A stretch of DNA of 64,000 nucleotides from Callorhinchus milii (taxonomy: Eukaryota), in the NCBI RefSeq assembly GCF_018977255.1, contig NW_024704743.1, positions 6,202,001 to 6,266,000 on the forward strand, given 5' to 3'. Positions 19,397 to 32,898 of the stretch are shown here, piece after piece. The notes under the pieces were generated by a model. The model had not been told where the DNA came from and searched no databases. It saw only the letters and a list, made by a program, of their open reading frames with translations. Numbering within the stretch: position 1 is the first letter of the stretch; every line of letters starts with the position of its first letter. Both the position numbers and the translations under genes were made by a program.

Positions 19397-19954
19397 TTTG
19401 ATTTCAAGATCCTCATCCTCACCTTTGATTTCAAGATCCTCATCCTCACCTACAAGGCCATTCACGGCCTTGCTCCCTCCTACCTCTCCAACCTACTATC
19501 CCCCTACCTACCTGCCCGTACCCTCCGTTCCTCTGGCTCTGGTCTGCTCCACGTCCCCCGCCCCAACCGCCCTACCATCGGTGGTCGGGCCTTCAGCCCT
19601 CAGCCCCCAGGCTCTGGAACTCCATCCCCCAGTGCCTTCGCCTTGCTTCCTCCCTTTCCTCCTTCAAGGCCGGTCTCAAAACCTTTCTCTTTGACCGTGC
19701 CTTCAGCTCCCCTCTTGACTCTCTTCCCCCTCCTCGCTCCCTCCCTTCCCTCCCCTCACCCTGACCATTTCCCCCTCCTTGCTCCCTCCCTTCCCTCACC
19801 CTGACCATTTCCCCCCTCCTCGCTCCCTCCCTTCCCTCCCCTCACCCTGACCATTTCCCCCCTGCTCGGGTCATGACCCAACTGTGCAGCGCCTTGGGAC
19901 GTCCTCCTGACGTGAAAGGCGCTTTATAAATGGAATCTTGTTGTTGTTGTTGTT
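19397..19954 (+). mobile_element. Young L2 3' fragment between PTCHD3 and PKS (unit 1 only)
   Basis: Highly similar to the 3' end of 3618-5317, with a (TTG)n tail and three ~46-bp C-rich repeats. Confidence 0.9.
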
Positions 19955-20704
19955 GCTTTCACTTACAAACACTGGTAACCAAAAGGAGTGACATACTTTG
20001 TAGAAAAGGGGCAGTAATTACATTGATTTATTTTTCTAGTTAATGTCGTTCTGATCAGTGTGAGAGGTTTGTTCTGTGAAATGCAACACTCCAGTGTGGG
20101 ACTTAGCACTGAGCACTCTCCAGGTTAAATGTACTCCCATTGGAGCTCCTACTGCCCGTCTCTATATGAAGTGTATGGCTGTGTTCTCCACCTACATATG
20201 TTGAGAGCTATGGTTCTGGTGGTGGGAATTGTTCAGATTTGTCCTGATGTTGTCGCTGCTTCTGTTAGTTCCCTGAACACCACCTCTCGATGTGAAGGGA
20301 AATGCCGCTCCCTGTTTATATTGAGGCATTGCGTCCTGACTGCCTTCAGCAACAGCGCTGGGAAATAAAGGACTGGACTGAGGCACATAGAGAATTCAGA
20401 TTTTTTGGTATAATGTTTATGCTGCAAAACATTCTGCAATGGCAAACTGTTGGGATGTGTGGGCTTTAAACAAATGCTTTCTCTCGCAGCATTGTCTGCA
20501 TTCACATTGTGAATCTAGAAGATTTTACAGGAATATGGCACAGGTGTAAAAGATGTTGTGGCTTGTTAATAGCGTTGCCTAAATATTGCTGTAATGATTG
20601 AACCTAGCTCAGCCTGGTATACTTACCCCAAAATATTTGATTCCTTTTTGTGTTATGATTCCCTTCATTAGTTTGCAATAGGGGTCAACTGCAAAAAATA
20701 CAAA

Positions 20705-20762
20705 ATGGATGAAAACAACGAAGAAATAGCTATTGTTGGAATTGGATGCAATTTTCCTGGAG
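20705..20762 (+). CDS. pks1: PKS copy 1 coding exon 1 (KS start)
   Basis: MDENNEEIAIVGIGCNFPG(G)|gtagga. Confidence 0.85.
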
Positions 20763-21976
20763 GTAGGAATTTAAGATTTAACAATAATAAAAATGATGAA
20801 AAGAATGATGTTATGATGATAAATAATAAAACCACATGGAATCTAGCAGGAACTTTTAGCGTCTGTAAGAACATTCATTTTCAACTGGGGCAGTGATAGG
20901 AAGCTACAGTTAGTGAGAATGGGGTCCAATATGCCATAATTTCAACCCAGAGATTGGTTGTGGGTTAATTGAAACTTTCATTTGCAAATATTGAATTGTG
21001 AGATTCCTACAAATTTCACTAAGTTTGTTTTCTAAATTCCCAATAATACCTGATATTGCAAATATCAAATTGTAAATTGTAAGTTTCTTCTGGTCTACTG
21101 ACCGACAATTGGTCATTCACTTCATGGCTGTTTGTGGGACATTGCCTACAAAATATAGTCACCACATTTCAAACAGTCACTACACATCACATTCTATGAA
21201 GCACTTTGAGATGTCTCGACAATGGGATACAGCTCATTGTGTCTCTGGTGGCTCTGAAACAACAATCCATTTTGACAATTTGTGAATGGCAATATCCTAC
21301 ATCAAGTGAATGATCAATTATTTTATCTGGGAATTGTAGACCAAGAAACCGGAAGAAACTCCATTCTCTTTTTTGAATCGTGCCTTGGGATCCTTCCACC
21401 TGAGCAGGCAGACATTATCTCGGTTTAACGTCTCATTCAAAGCATGGCACCTCCCACAATGAAAACTCCTCCAGCATTGCATTTGTGTGTTAATCTGGAC
21501 TAAGATCTTTAGTCCTGACTTTGTTGCTGTGTTAAATTTAGGTTGTGTCAGGCTCAGGTGGGGCTAACCCTATAGTTGAACAGCTGCTACCAGTTACTGT
21601 CCAGGCTCACAAAAGAAGAAGGAAAGCTTGCGCTCTCGCTTCTCCAGGAGCCGTATCTGGTGTAACAACAAGAACTTGCATTCATAAAGGGCTCTTATTA
21701 TTATTATTTTCATAATATCTCAGAACGATTCCCAAAGATGCTAAACAAATGAGGGAAAGAAGGGGAGGTGACCATAGGTTTGGTCAAAGAGGTAGGATGT
21801 TAGGCAGGATTTGAAGACAGATAGAGAGGGGCTAGATAGAAGGGTAGAGTGAGGGAGTTCTGGAGGCAAGAAATCAGATACTCAGTGGTATCAATACACA
21901 TTTACTAATATTATGACATACATTCCAGAATGATTTCTAAGAATGGAAGAGCTTTATTCTGTTGTCGTCTGTACAG

Positions 21977-22130
21977 GGGAAGGCACTGAAAACTTCTGGA
22001 AAGTTCTTCATGAGGGAAGAAACTGCGTTGTGGATATCCCACCAGATCGTTTTGATACACAATTCTGGCATGATCCCGATGACAACAAGCCTGGAAAAAT
22101 GCGCACAAAGCGAGCGTCTCTCATTGAAGG
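21977..22130 (+). CDS. pks1: PKS copy 1 exon 2 (KS)
   Basis: gtacag|(G)EGTENFWKVLHEGRNCVVDIPPDRFD...LIE(G)|gtaatg. Confidence 0.85.
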
Positions 22131-23592
22131 GTAATGCACAGCATTCTTACAAACTACATCTTTTAAATTGATTCAGAATAGTAATATTTGTTGCTGCAAA
22201 ACAAGTACTTTTTTGTGTGAGTGGATACTCTCATCCAAAACACCGCTGCCCACATCCTCACCTGCACCAAACTCCATATCGTTCATTAACCCAGTCTCTC
22301 CTGGCTCTCAACGGATTGAGTTCAAGGTTCTCAATCTGAACTATAAATCCCTTCACACCCCCCTGGTTGCATTGGATGGCTGTTCTGTTGCCTCCCGCTC
22401 TATCCTGTCACAGAATACGACAGGAGACGTGGCAGGAAGCCATGACTACAACTATCAGTGGTATTAATAGAGGTCTCGGCCCTCCAATAGACTTCTGAGA
22501 AGCATCTGAGCATCCATACCCAACGTCCTCTGAGCGCCCACGCCAGTCACAGGATAGAGCCGGAGGCCTCTGCATTCCAACATGCCATCTTATAGGATGA
22601 GTTATCTGATCAATTTTACATTATAACTACTTCCAAGAATTTCTAGAACGCAATGTATAGAACGCGCTACCCCAAAGAGCTGTTGACGCTCAGTCCTTGA
22701 ACATATTGAAGACTGAGATAGATATATTTCTTATTGCAAAAGGGATTAAGGGATATAGAAATAAGGCAGGATTAGGTTATTAGCTGGAATTACATTAGAA
22801 GATCAGCCATAATTGAATGGCGTGGCAGGCTCGAAGGGATGAATGGCCTACTCCTGCTCATACATATTATGCTATGCAACTTGTCTCATGTTTGTCACAT
22901 GAGCAGAGAGCCCAGCAGGTGAGGAGGGAACTGAGGGAGTTGGAACAGAGTGAGAATTCTGTTAAGGAATTTGATGATAGTGGGAATTCTTCAGCAAGAG
23001 AGATACCAGAGAGCAAGAGTGAACTCTTTCACTCAGCAGAAGAGTGGAAAATCTATTGTGAGGTTGAGACAACCTTATATGTAAGCAAGCAAACAAGGCG
23101 ATTTGCAATTAATCATAGGCTAGGTGTTGGGGAATAAAAAATCTGCTGACCAGTTGAAACTGGGTCTTTTAGTTTGAGTCCTATATAAAGGAGAAGACTT
23201 GTAAGTGTTTCACTTGAGCAGAAAGCCGAGCAGAATGAGGAAGGAACAGAGTGAGAATCTGTTAAGGAATTTGGTGAGAGTGGGAATTTGGTGTAAAGGG
23301 GTAAAGAGGTGCATAATTATGTAATATTCATATTAAAACAATATAAAACATGTCTGGGAATATGGCAGGGCAGCTGAGACTGGTTGCATTCATAATGTGT
23401 GCCATGTGGGAACTCCAGGATGCTTTGTGTGCCCTGGACTAAGAAGTGTTCTCTGACAGCTTGAGCTCAAGCTACATACAAAATGTTTAAATAAAATATT
23501 AAATGTTGAACCTCAGGCCCCTTAAAAAATAATAATGTTAATGCATCTATATATGCCTAACACAAACTTTCATATTTCTTTGCAATTAATAG

Positions 23593-23753
23593 GTTCAATT
23601 TATTTGATTATAAGTTGTTTGGCATAAATGAAACAGAAGCCAACTGCATGGATCCACAACACAAGCTTCTCTTGGAGTGCACGTACAAAGCACTTGAAAA
23701 TGCAGGGATGCCCAAGGAGGATCTCAGTGGGAGTAAAACAGGAGTTTTTATTG
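23593..23753 (+). CDS. pks1: PKS copy 1 exon 3 (KS; not in correct frame in ORF track)
   Basis: aatag|FNLFDYKLFGINETEANCMDPQHKLLLECTYKALENAGMPKEDLSGSKTGVFI(G)|gtgagt. Confidence 0.87.
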
Positions 23754-24605
23754 GTGAGTAGGTGCCCGCTGCCCAACATAATAGCCAATTTTGGAACCAC
23801 ATGTGATTTTGTCAGTTCATGAAATATTTATCATAATTCATCATCACCTAATTCCTGGGCCTCAATTAAAATGATGATGGGGACCACATTTGGTTGTTGG
23901 CCCAAGGGAGGTTGTGGGTTAACTTTATGATGGAATAGATTTTTGGTGAACTTGATGAGAATAACAATAATAATTGTTGTGTTTGTATGTCGGGAGGAAA
24001 TTGCAAAAAGCTTCACAAGATTTATTGTAATGTGTTGTGACTGTATTTTATAGGCAAATGTGGCAGCCAATCTGCACACAGCAATGCCCAGGTGGACAAA
24101 GTTTTCAAAAAAAAATTGATTCTTAGGCTTTATAAACAGAGCTACAGAATATAAAAGCAAAGAGGTAATGATAACTTTTTAAAGCGTTAGTTAGACAATA
24201 AATAGAGTATTGTGTTCAATATTGGTCACACCATTTTAGGAAAGACATCAAGGGAATAAACAGAGTAGAGAGGAGAAATACCAGTATGATACTGGAGATG
24301 AATGGTTCGTTTTATGAGCAGAGACTGGAGGAACTGAGACTTTTCTGCTGGAACAAAAAATGGTGTGGGGTGATCTGATCGAGGTATTTAAAATTCTGAG
24401 CAGTTTGATAAATAATAATAAAAATCCTTGCATTTGATATAATGCTTTTCACATCTTCTAGACGTCTCAAAGCGCTTCACAGAATATACTGTAAGGTGAA
24501 TTAACTGTATATTTGTGGGCAAAATATGGCAGCCGATTGTGCACAGCAGTGTCCCACAATCAGTTGTGGATTGAGTGATCAAATTATTATTGGTTTGTTT
24601 TCTAT

Positions 24606-27455
24606 GTATGGGTACGATCTAGTAGCCATCACTGAAACATGATTACAAGGAGATCAAGGGTGGGAGTTAAATATTCCAGGGTTCTCAGTTTACAGGAAAG
24701 ATGGGCACTGTGGAAAATGAGGTGGGGATGTAGCCCTGTTAATTAGGGATGAAATAAAAGCAGTGGAGAGGAAGGATCTGAAATCCGATGACCAGGAGGT
24801 AGAGACAATATGGGTGGAAATAAAAAATAATAAGTGGCAGTAGATATTAATGGGAGTGGTTTATAGATCCCCAAACAGTGATCACAATATAGCACAAGGT
24901 GCTATCAGGAAATCAGTGGAGCATGTAGGAAAGGTAAAGCGATAATAGTGGGTGATTTCAATCTCCACATAGATTGGGAAAACCAAATCGGCAAAAGTAG
25001 GTTAGAAGAAGAGTTCATTGAATGTATGAGAGATAACTTTCTAGAGCAGCATGCCGAGGAACCAACTAGGGGACAGGCCATCCTAGACCTTGTTTTGTGT
25101 AACGAAACAGGGCTGGTCGGTAGTGTATGTATTAAGACTCCTCCAGGGCACAGTGATCACAATATGATTGAATTCTGCATTAATTTAGAGAGGGATATAG
25201 TTAAATCCGAGGCAAGTATTCTGAATTTAAATAAGGCTAATTTTGTCGATATGAGGAAAGATTTAGGTAAAATAGACCGGAGAATAAAATTAAGAGGTAA
25301 AAATGTAGACCAACAGCGGCAAATATTTAAGGATGTAGTGCATAATTCTCAGCAGTCGCATCTTCCCTTGCGGAATAAGAGTAACACAGGGAAAGCAAGT
25401 CATCTGTGGTTAACTAGAGCAGTTAGGGAAAGCATCAAATTAAAAGAAAAAGCTTATAAAACTGCCAAGAAAAACAGCAAACCTGAAGATTGGGAGAGTT
25501 TTAGAAACCAGTCAAAAAAAACTAAAAACTCATTAAAGCGAGAAAAAGGAGTTTGAGGGTAAGCTAACTAGGAACATTAAGTCAGATTGTAACAGTTTTT
25601 ACAAATACATTAAGAGAAATAGGCTAGTGAGGGTAAATGTAGGTCCACTTCAGTCAGAGACGGGAGAAGTTGTAATGGGGGATAAGGACGTGGCAGAGTC
25701 CCTAATTGGGTACTCTGCATCTGTCTTCACCCTAGAAGACACGACGACAACAACAACAACAAGATTCCATTTATAGAGCGCTTTTCACATCGGGAGGACG
25801 TCCCAAGGCGCTGTACAGTTGGGTCAGGACCTGAGCATTGGGGGGAAATGGTCAGGATGAGAGGAGGAAAGGGAGGGAGCGAGGAGGGGGTAGAGAGTCG
25901 AGAGGAGAGCTGAAGGCACAGTCAAAGAGAAAGGTCTTGAGACCGGCCTTGAAGGAGGAAAGGGAGGAAGCAAGGCCAAGGCACTGGGGGATAGAGTTCC
26001 AGAGCCTGGGGGCTGAGAGGCTGAAGGCCCGGCCACCGATGGTAGGGCGGTTGGGGCGGGGGATGTGGAGCAGACCGGAGCCAGAGGAACGGAGGGCACG
26101 GACAGGTAGGTAGGGGGATAGTGGGTCAGAGAGGTAGGAGGGAGCAAGGCCGTCAATGGCCTTGTAGGTGAGGATGAGGATCTTGAATTCGACAAGTCTG
26201 CCAACAATAGAGACGCACCAAAGGGATAAGGACAGGGATCAACTCTAGGGAAATTTTCATTAGTAGAGAATTGGTGCTCGGGAAACTGTTAGCACTAAAA
26301 AGTGACAAATCCCCTGGTCTGGATGGCTTGCATCCAAGGGTTTTAAAAGAGGTAGCTTATGAAATAGTGGAGGCCTTGTGTCTCATCTTCCAAAATTCCT
26401 TGGATTCTGGAACAATCCCCATGGGTTGGAAGATCGTAAATGTCACACTACTCTTTGAAAAAGGTGGAAAGGAAAAGATGGGAACTATAGGCCAGTTAGT
26501 CTAACATCAGGAAAAATTTTGGAATCATTGATTAAGGATGTGGTAGTGCGGTATTTAGAGGAGCACAATATAATTAGGCCAAGTCAAAAGGGCGAATCAG
26601 TGGATGTGGTCCATTTGGACTTCAGGAAGGCATTCGATAAGGTGCCGCTTAAAAGGTTAGTTCAAAAGATAGGGGCCCATGGAATTGGGGGGAGCATATT
26701 TATGTGGTTTGGAGAATGGTTAATGGGTAGGAAACAAAGAGTAGGAATAAATGGGTCTTTTTCAGATTGGTGGGATGTGACTAGTGGAGGTGCAGCAAGC
26801 AATTAGAATGGCTAACGATATGTTAGTATTCATTTTGAAAGGATTAGAGTATAAGAGTAGGGAAGTCTTGCTGCAACTGTATAGGGCCCTGGTGAGACCA
26901 CACCTGAAATACTGTGTGCAGTTTTGGTCTCCTTATTTAAGGAAGGATGGACTTGCCTTGGAGGGGGTGCAGTGTAGATTTAATAGGTTGGTACCAGGGA
27001 TGAAGGGGATGAGTTATGAGGATAAACTGACCAATTTGGGCCTATACTCTCTAGAATATAGAAGAATTAGAGGGAATCTTACAGAAACCTATAAGATCAT
27101 CAAAGGGCATGATAGAGTAGATAGAGAGAGATTGTTTCCCCTGGTTGGAGAAACTAAAACCAGGGGTCACAACCTTAAAATCAGAGGCCAGCCCTTTCAC
27201 ACTGAGTTGAGGAAGAACTTCTTCACTCAAAGGGTGGTGAATATATGGAACTCGCTACCCCAAAGCCTGTTGACGCTCAGTCCTTGAACATATTCAAGAC
27301 TGAGATAGATATGTTTCTTATTGCAAAAGGGATTAAGGGATATGGGGATAAGGCAGGGTCAGGTTAGCTGAGTTAGATTAGAAGATCTGCCATGATTGAA
27401 TGGCGGGACAGGCTCGAAAGGCCAAATGATCTACTACTGCTCCTACATGTTATGT
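24606..27455 (+). mobile_element. CR1-clade LINE (APE endonuclease + internally deleted RT) in PKS intron 3
   Basis: GDFN, ILDLVL, SDHNMI endonuclease motifs; KSPGLDGLHPRVLKE, LDFRKAFDKVP, LYRALVRPHL RT/C-terminal motifs. Confidence 0.9.
25745..26190 (-). mobile_element. Young L2 3' fragment nested in the CR1
   Basis: (CAA)n tail and L2 3' UTR; the flanks repeat GACAA. Confidence 0.88.
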
Positions 27456-28290
27456 TTTCTTAAGGGATTATTATCCCCAGAAATGTGGTCTGCCAATCGG
27501 CTAACAACTGGGTTCCTACTTGCTGCTTGGTAAACAGACGTGTGGAGTAAGGAAACTTACCCAACATTTTGTCTTGCCGAGAATAGAACCCAGTTCTCTC
27601 GCTTGCAAGGCGGGTGCTCCAACCACTGAGATACAGGACTCCACAGTGGGATGATAGTGTGAGAGATTATAGGGATTAAGGGTGGGTTTTTGAGGAGGGG
27701 TGTGATTACAGCGGTTTTAAGGGAGTGGAACAGAGCCTGAGGAGAGAGACTGGTTAACCGTATCGGCGAGCAGTTTGGAGAGGTGGGGGAGTTGAGTGAC
27801 CAGCAGCTGGGTGGAGAGGGGCTCAAGGCAGCAGGTGGGGAACTTCATCCGGATGATTGATAGTCAATAGGGAGAAATCATTAAAAAAATAATCCTTGCA
27901 TTTGATATAGCGCCTTATCATGTCGTTGAGACATCTCAAAGCGTCAATATAAGATATTAAATGAGCAAATGGGGAATTGAGGAGAAAGTTTTTTGAGTTG
28001 TTAGGAACTGATACAATTCTGCCCAGAGCACAATCCATATTGGCCTTCAAGAGGAAATTAGACAAATATCTTAAAAAGTCAGTTGCAAAGTTATGGGGGA
28101 AGCGCAGGCAAATGGGACTGAAAGGATTGCTCTTGAGGGAGCCGGCACAGACACAATGGCCTTCTTTTGTGCCATAAATGTAAATGATTCTACTCTTCTA
28201 TTCACTAATACATCTCACTCAATATTGTCTCAGAATAGACTAAAGTTATCACTCCAAAAGAACAGTTTCAGTGTCTTTCCTTTTCTTTAG

Positions 28291-28494
28291 GGCTCATGAA
28301 TCGAGACTTTGAAGCGATAATGAATAATTCAGCCAACAGAATCAGCCATTATAATGGCACTGGTACAGCAATGAGCATAGCTGCAAATAGGATTTCGTTC
28401 ACCTTCAACTTTACTGGACCATCACTGGCTATAGACACAGCGTGCTCTTCATCTCTGGTCGCTCTACACTACGCTTCTCAGGCCATCAAACAAG
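28291..28494 (+). CDS. pks1: PKS copy 1 exon 4 (KS active-site Cys)
   Basis: ttctttag|(G)LMNRDFE...ANRISFTFNFTGPSLAIDTACSSSLVALH...KQ(G)|gtacca. Confidence 0.9.
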
Positions 28495-28819
28495 GTACCA
28501 GAAACCACCTTTGTGGTTGCATCAATACATTGTACACACATCATGAAGCACAGTTTACAGCATCATGGGAGGTAACTGGTAGGGACAGATAAAAAGGTAG
28601 GTAATTGTTTTTATATAAAGCTTCAGCACCTCAAATTATAGGTGAGTTATCTCTATGCTAATGTGACAAATGTACAAACAGCAGAAGAAAGCCATGCCTC
28701 TATCGTATTGCAGAAATCATTATCTTATAATAATCCATATTAACGCTCTAAAGCACTGTTATTTAGCTGGCACTGTTTATATAGAGTCACTGGTTAAAAT
28801 TCCCACCTTGCTCTTTCAG

Positions 28820-29001
28820 GTGACTGTGAGATGGCTGTTTGTGGAGGAGTGAGCTGCATCATTGAACCACGTGTCAATGTAGCACTCAGTAAAGCAAAGA
28901 TGATCTCTCCAGATGGAATGTGCAAACCATTTTCTAAGAAAGCTAACGGGTATGGGAGAGGAGAAGGATGTGGAATTCTTCTGTTGAAACCACTGGCAAA
29001 G
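28820..29001 (+). CDS. pks1: PKS copy 1 exon 5 (KS)
   Basis: ctttcag|(G)DCEMAVCGGV...ANGYGRGEGCGILLLKPLAK|gtagaa. Confidence 0.9.
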
Positions 29002-29409
29002 GTAGAATATTTCTAAAAGAATTTATACAGTAAGTCCCATAAGTATAGTAGAATGCTGATTATCCATATTTCCACTTATGTGCATCAGATTTTGATGTGG
29101 AAGTGGATAAGGGACTGTGGCAGAAATCCAGTTGCATGTGTAAGGTGGCGAGGGGCATAATTTAGTTTCTCTGCAGAGCTGCATGTGTGAAACCAGGTTC
29201 AAATTACAATTTATAGATTATCCTCTCTACTGCATGAATTTATTGCTCTAGGTTTCCTACAGAACCATTGTCATTTTTTTTACAAAATATATTAATTTAT
29301 TTGTTATATTTGCACTTATCTCAGGCAGTATGAAACCTATTACAGAAAAGATGCCAAATGTTATTATCCCGTTACTGGATGCACCAGACCCGGCCCCTTG
29401 TGGTGGGAC

Positions 29410-32230
29410 AGGGGCCTCTGCACACTCCACTTTGGTGGAGGAACCAAGGCTTTGTTGCCTCAGGGTGCTACCGCCCTTTGCAGGGTGCAGATACAAATGT
29501 GGTCTTATACTCATCTCCCTATCCCCTATCCCTCCCCTCTTATTTGCAACGCTCATTTTAAGACAGTCAGGAATCGCCCCTGTGTGCACTACATGAGGGT
29601 ATTCGCACACACCCTGATAAGGTACACTTGCTGATTTCAAATGCCCCCCCGATGTGCACCATACGCACACGTTTTCCCAAACACACAAACCCATACACAT
29701 ATAATATATACCAGTCCCCTGTCACTGCAGTGTCCCTGTTGGGGTTCTGTTTCCTTTCTCTACGGGCAGCAGTTACACTGGTGGTCTAGTCTGGGCTCCT
29801 TTTACAGGATGGTGACCCTTTACCTCGCTCCCTGCCGTTCTCCCCTTCATGGGAGGGGGCAGACAGACATATACATTTACATTACATGTTCGAGAAACTC
29901 TGTTACATCTCGAGAGTCCCTCTGTATATTTATGTGGTTACACACACGTTTATTCAGTGTTGGGTGTGCTCGTGGGTTACCCGATGAGCTTGCCCGATGT
30001 CTCCCTCTCACTGGTAGGTTTCCTGGCACGTGGGGATGTGATGCCAACCTGAGCACGGCTAGTGCAGGTGCGGTTCTGGCTGGGGACATGCCCCATCTGG
30101 CCTTTGCCGTGGTTGAGCTGAGCTTCAGTGTGTCCCTCAGGCCCTAATCTGAGGATGCCCAATCCTGAGGCAGGCCCTCTCTATCCCCTCGTTCCACTGG
30201 AAGATCACCAAATTTCGGGAATGCCAAAGGGCCTCCTTCACTGAGTTGATGATCCTCCAGGTGTACTTGATGTAGGTCTCGCTGTGGGTGCCTGGGAAGA
30301 AGCCATACAGCACTGATAACTGAATTACTTTTTTAAAAATATATATTTATTTATAAATATAATATTTGGTACAACAGAAATCCAAAACAAACACAACGTA
30401 CAACATCTTCTGTTTCAATTTGTTCCTTTTCTCCCGATACAAAGCACATTCTGTTGTTTATGGTACATTCCTTCACCGCACATATGTTGTGCACATGTTT
30501 TTCGGGATGCTCCCTTTAAAACAGTCAGGAGTCACCCCTGTGTACCCCACCTCCATTGCGCGCCCGCAAACACCCCGATAAGCCACACTTGCCGTTTTCG
30601 GAAGGCGCCCTGAGGTGCACTATACAAGCACATGTTTACTGTACATACATTTTCAGGACATTCTCTGATTACATCTCGAGCGTCCTTCTGTACCCTTACT
30701 TCAGTCAGTTTTGGGTGAACTTGTGGGCTATTCAGCTGGTGTGCCCTGTGTTGTTTGTGCCGGAGCAGCTCCTCCCAGGGTTAGGCCCCATCTGGCCTTT
30801 GCCATGGTTGAGCCAGACTTCAACTTCTCCCTCAGTGTATAGTTCCTGATCATGTAGCATGAGCTACATTATCATTAGCATGAGCCTGAGGCAGGCCTTC
30901 ATTTTGCCAAAAGAACATCTGGTTTCAGGACAGCCAAAGGGCCTTCTTTATCGAGTCTATGATCCTCCAGGCACACTCAATGTTAGTTTCGCAGTAAGTG
31001 TTCAGGAAGAGGCCGTACAACACCGAGTGCCGTGACAGTGGGTCCCCAGGGATGAACTGCAAGAGTCTCCTTTCCATCTTTTTCAAAACCGCCTTTGAGA
31101 AACAACACTCCAGGAAGAGGTGGTCCATGGTTCCTGGCCTCTGCAGCCAACCCGAGGGCAACTTGCTGACTGGCCCAGACCTTGACCAAGCATGAAAGCT
31201 CTGAGGGGTGGGGCTCCTTTTTTTGTCAGCCAGGCCATGTCAGGATTGTTGTTGGTCAGGGCCAGAGACAAGGAGTTTTGTAGCTGGCCGTCCCCTCAGG
31301 GTACCTCCCGATTCGGTCGGTCCTCTCCCCGAGGTGGTTCGGCATGCTCCAACTGTGTGGAACGTTTCGAGGCAGTTCTGCCAGACCCACCCTTCTTAGC
31401 ACCGGTTACAGGAAGAAACCCATCGTGTAACAGCATTTGTGCCATCGTAGCAGGGTTCCAGGAACAGCCTCGGGAAGTTACACACAAAGGTGGCCATGAA
31501 GATCAGGGCTATGTTGGGGACCCCTTTTCCCCCCCCTTTCCGGAGTTTTGTGCAGAGTGTCTCTGCGGACATGATCCACCTCAGACCCCCCCCCCCAAAT
31601 CAGATGGAAGACCTGTCTAGTGATTGCAGTGGCGTTGTTCTTGGTCAAAGGCCAGACCTGGATCACGTACAGTAACATCGAGAGGGCCTCACACTTTATC
31701 ACCAGATTTTTTTCCGGTGATGGACAATGAGCTCAGGCGCCACATCACCAATTTCTTCCTGGCTACACCTAGACTCTCCTCCCAGCTTTTTTGGCACTCC
31801 CCGGCAGCCTCAATCGAGATGCCGAGGCTTTGATGCAGTCTGGCTTCACTGCAAATGGTATGTGACTGCATTCTTTCCAGTCTCCAAAATACATCACCTC
31901 ACTCTTCTGGCAGTTGACCTTTGCTTTTGAGACTTGCTCAAAACAGTTGCAAATGCCTAGCAGTCTCGAGGCCAATTCTTAGTCTGTGCAAAAGATGGCG
32001 ACATCATCCATATACAGGGAGAACTTGGCTTGTTCGCTGTGGCTGCCTGGGTTGGTGACTACTCTGATGCTCTCGTCCCTCCTGATGGCCTGAGCAAAGG
32101 ATTTGATGCAGCAGACAATCCCGGTGGAGGATAGGGGACAGACCTGCCTTACTCCAGACCTGATGGCGAACGGCTCAGTCTCATATCCTTTCACCATTAC
32201 TGCGCTGCCGATACCTGAATTGCCCAATTA
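29410..32230 (-). mobile_element. Tx1/L1-clade LINE fragments in PKS intron 5 (two diverged 3' ends in tandem)
   Basis: SGVRQVCPLS, SLYMDDVAIF, VNCQKS and a C-terminal CPRVGC...DHLFLEC zinc knuckle; 29580-30320 resembles 30530-31030. Confidence 0.78.
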
Positions 32231-32421
32231 GAGTTCACAGTTCGATTATTCAATTGTATTCCTGAACTCGTCCATCCAATCACTTTTCAAACACAGGATG
32301 CACTTCCAGGTTATCATGCCTTGACCCTACAGGAATTTGGGGGCTAATAGCAATAGGAAGATATTGGCTTCCTTTGGTGGTCTAAACATTCTTTAATTCT
32401 ATTCATTCATTGCTTTAATAG

Positions 32422-32898
32422 GCATTGAAAGACAACAACAAGATTACATTTGTATAGTGCCTTTCATGTTGGGAGGATGTCCCAAGGCGCTGGGCAGCAT
32501 TTCAGGCCTGAGCTGGTGTCAGGGAGAGGGAGGGGAGAGGAAGGGGGTGACCGATGGCATGGTCAAAGAGGAGGGTTTTGAGGCGGGACTTCAATGAGGC
32601 AAAGGAGGGGGCAAGGCGGAGTGATTAGTGGATGGAATTCCAGAGGTTGGGGGTAGAGTGGCTGAAGGCTTTCTCGCCAATGGTGGAGCGGGTGGGTCGG
32701 GGGAGTTGGAGCAGGCTGGAGCGGGCTGAGCGGAGGGTAGTGGGCGGGTTGGTAGGGGGTTAGGAGGTTGCAGAGGTAGGGTGGGGTGAGGCCATGGAGG
32801 AATTTGTAGGTGATAATATCTGGGGTGTATTAGTGCACAGTGCTATCAATCAAGATTGCAGATCAGTCATACCTATCACCAGACCCTCACAAACGCAT
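32422..32898 (+). pseudogene. Dead partial duplicate of the 5' end of PKS exon 6, split by an L2 fragment (~32436-32810)
   Basis: aatag|GCATTGAAAGACAA [L2 3' end, minus strand] TGATAATATCTGGGGTGTATTAGTGCACAGTGCTATCAATCAAGAT... aligns to 33274-33375 with several substitutions. Confidence 0.85.

Noticed and set aside
19720..19870. Regular repeats as a CRISPR-like array
   Set aside because: Tandem units without unique spacers, inside a LINE 3' UTR in a eukaryotic genome.
22817..23137. 106-aa ORF identical in both units
   Set aside because: Intronic and made of CR1 tail and other repeat-like sequence; the identity is explained by the recent duplication.
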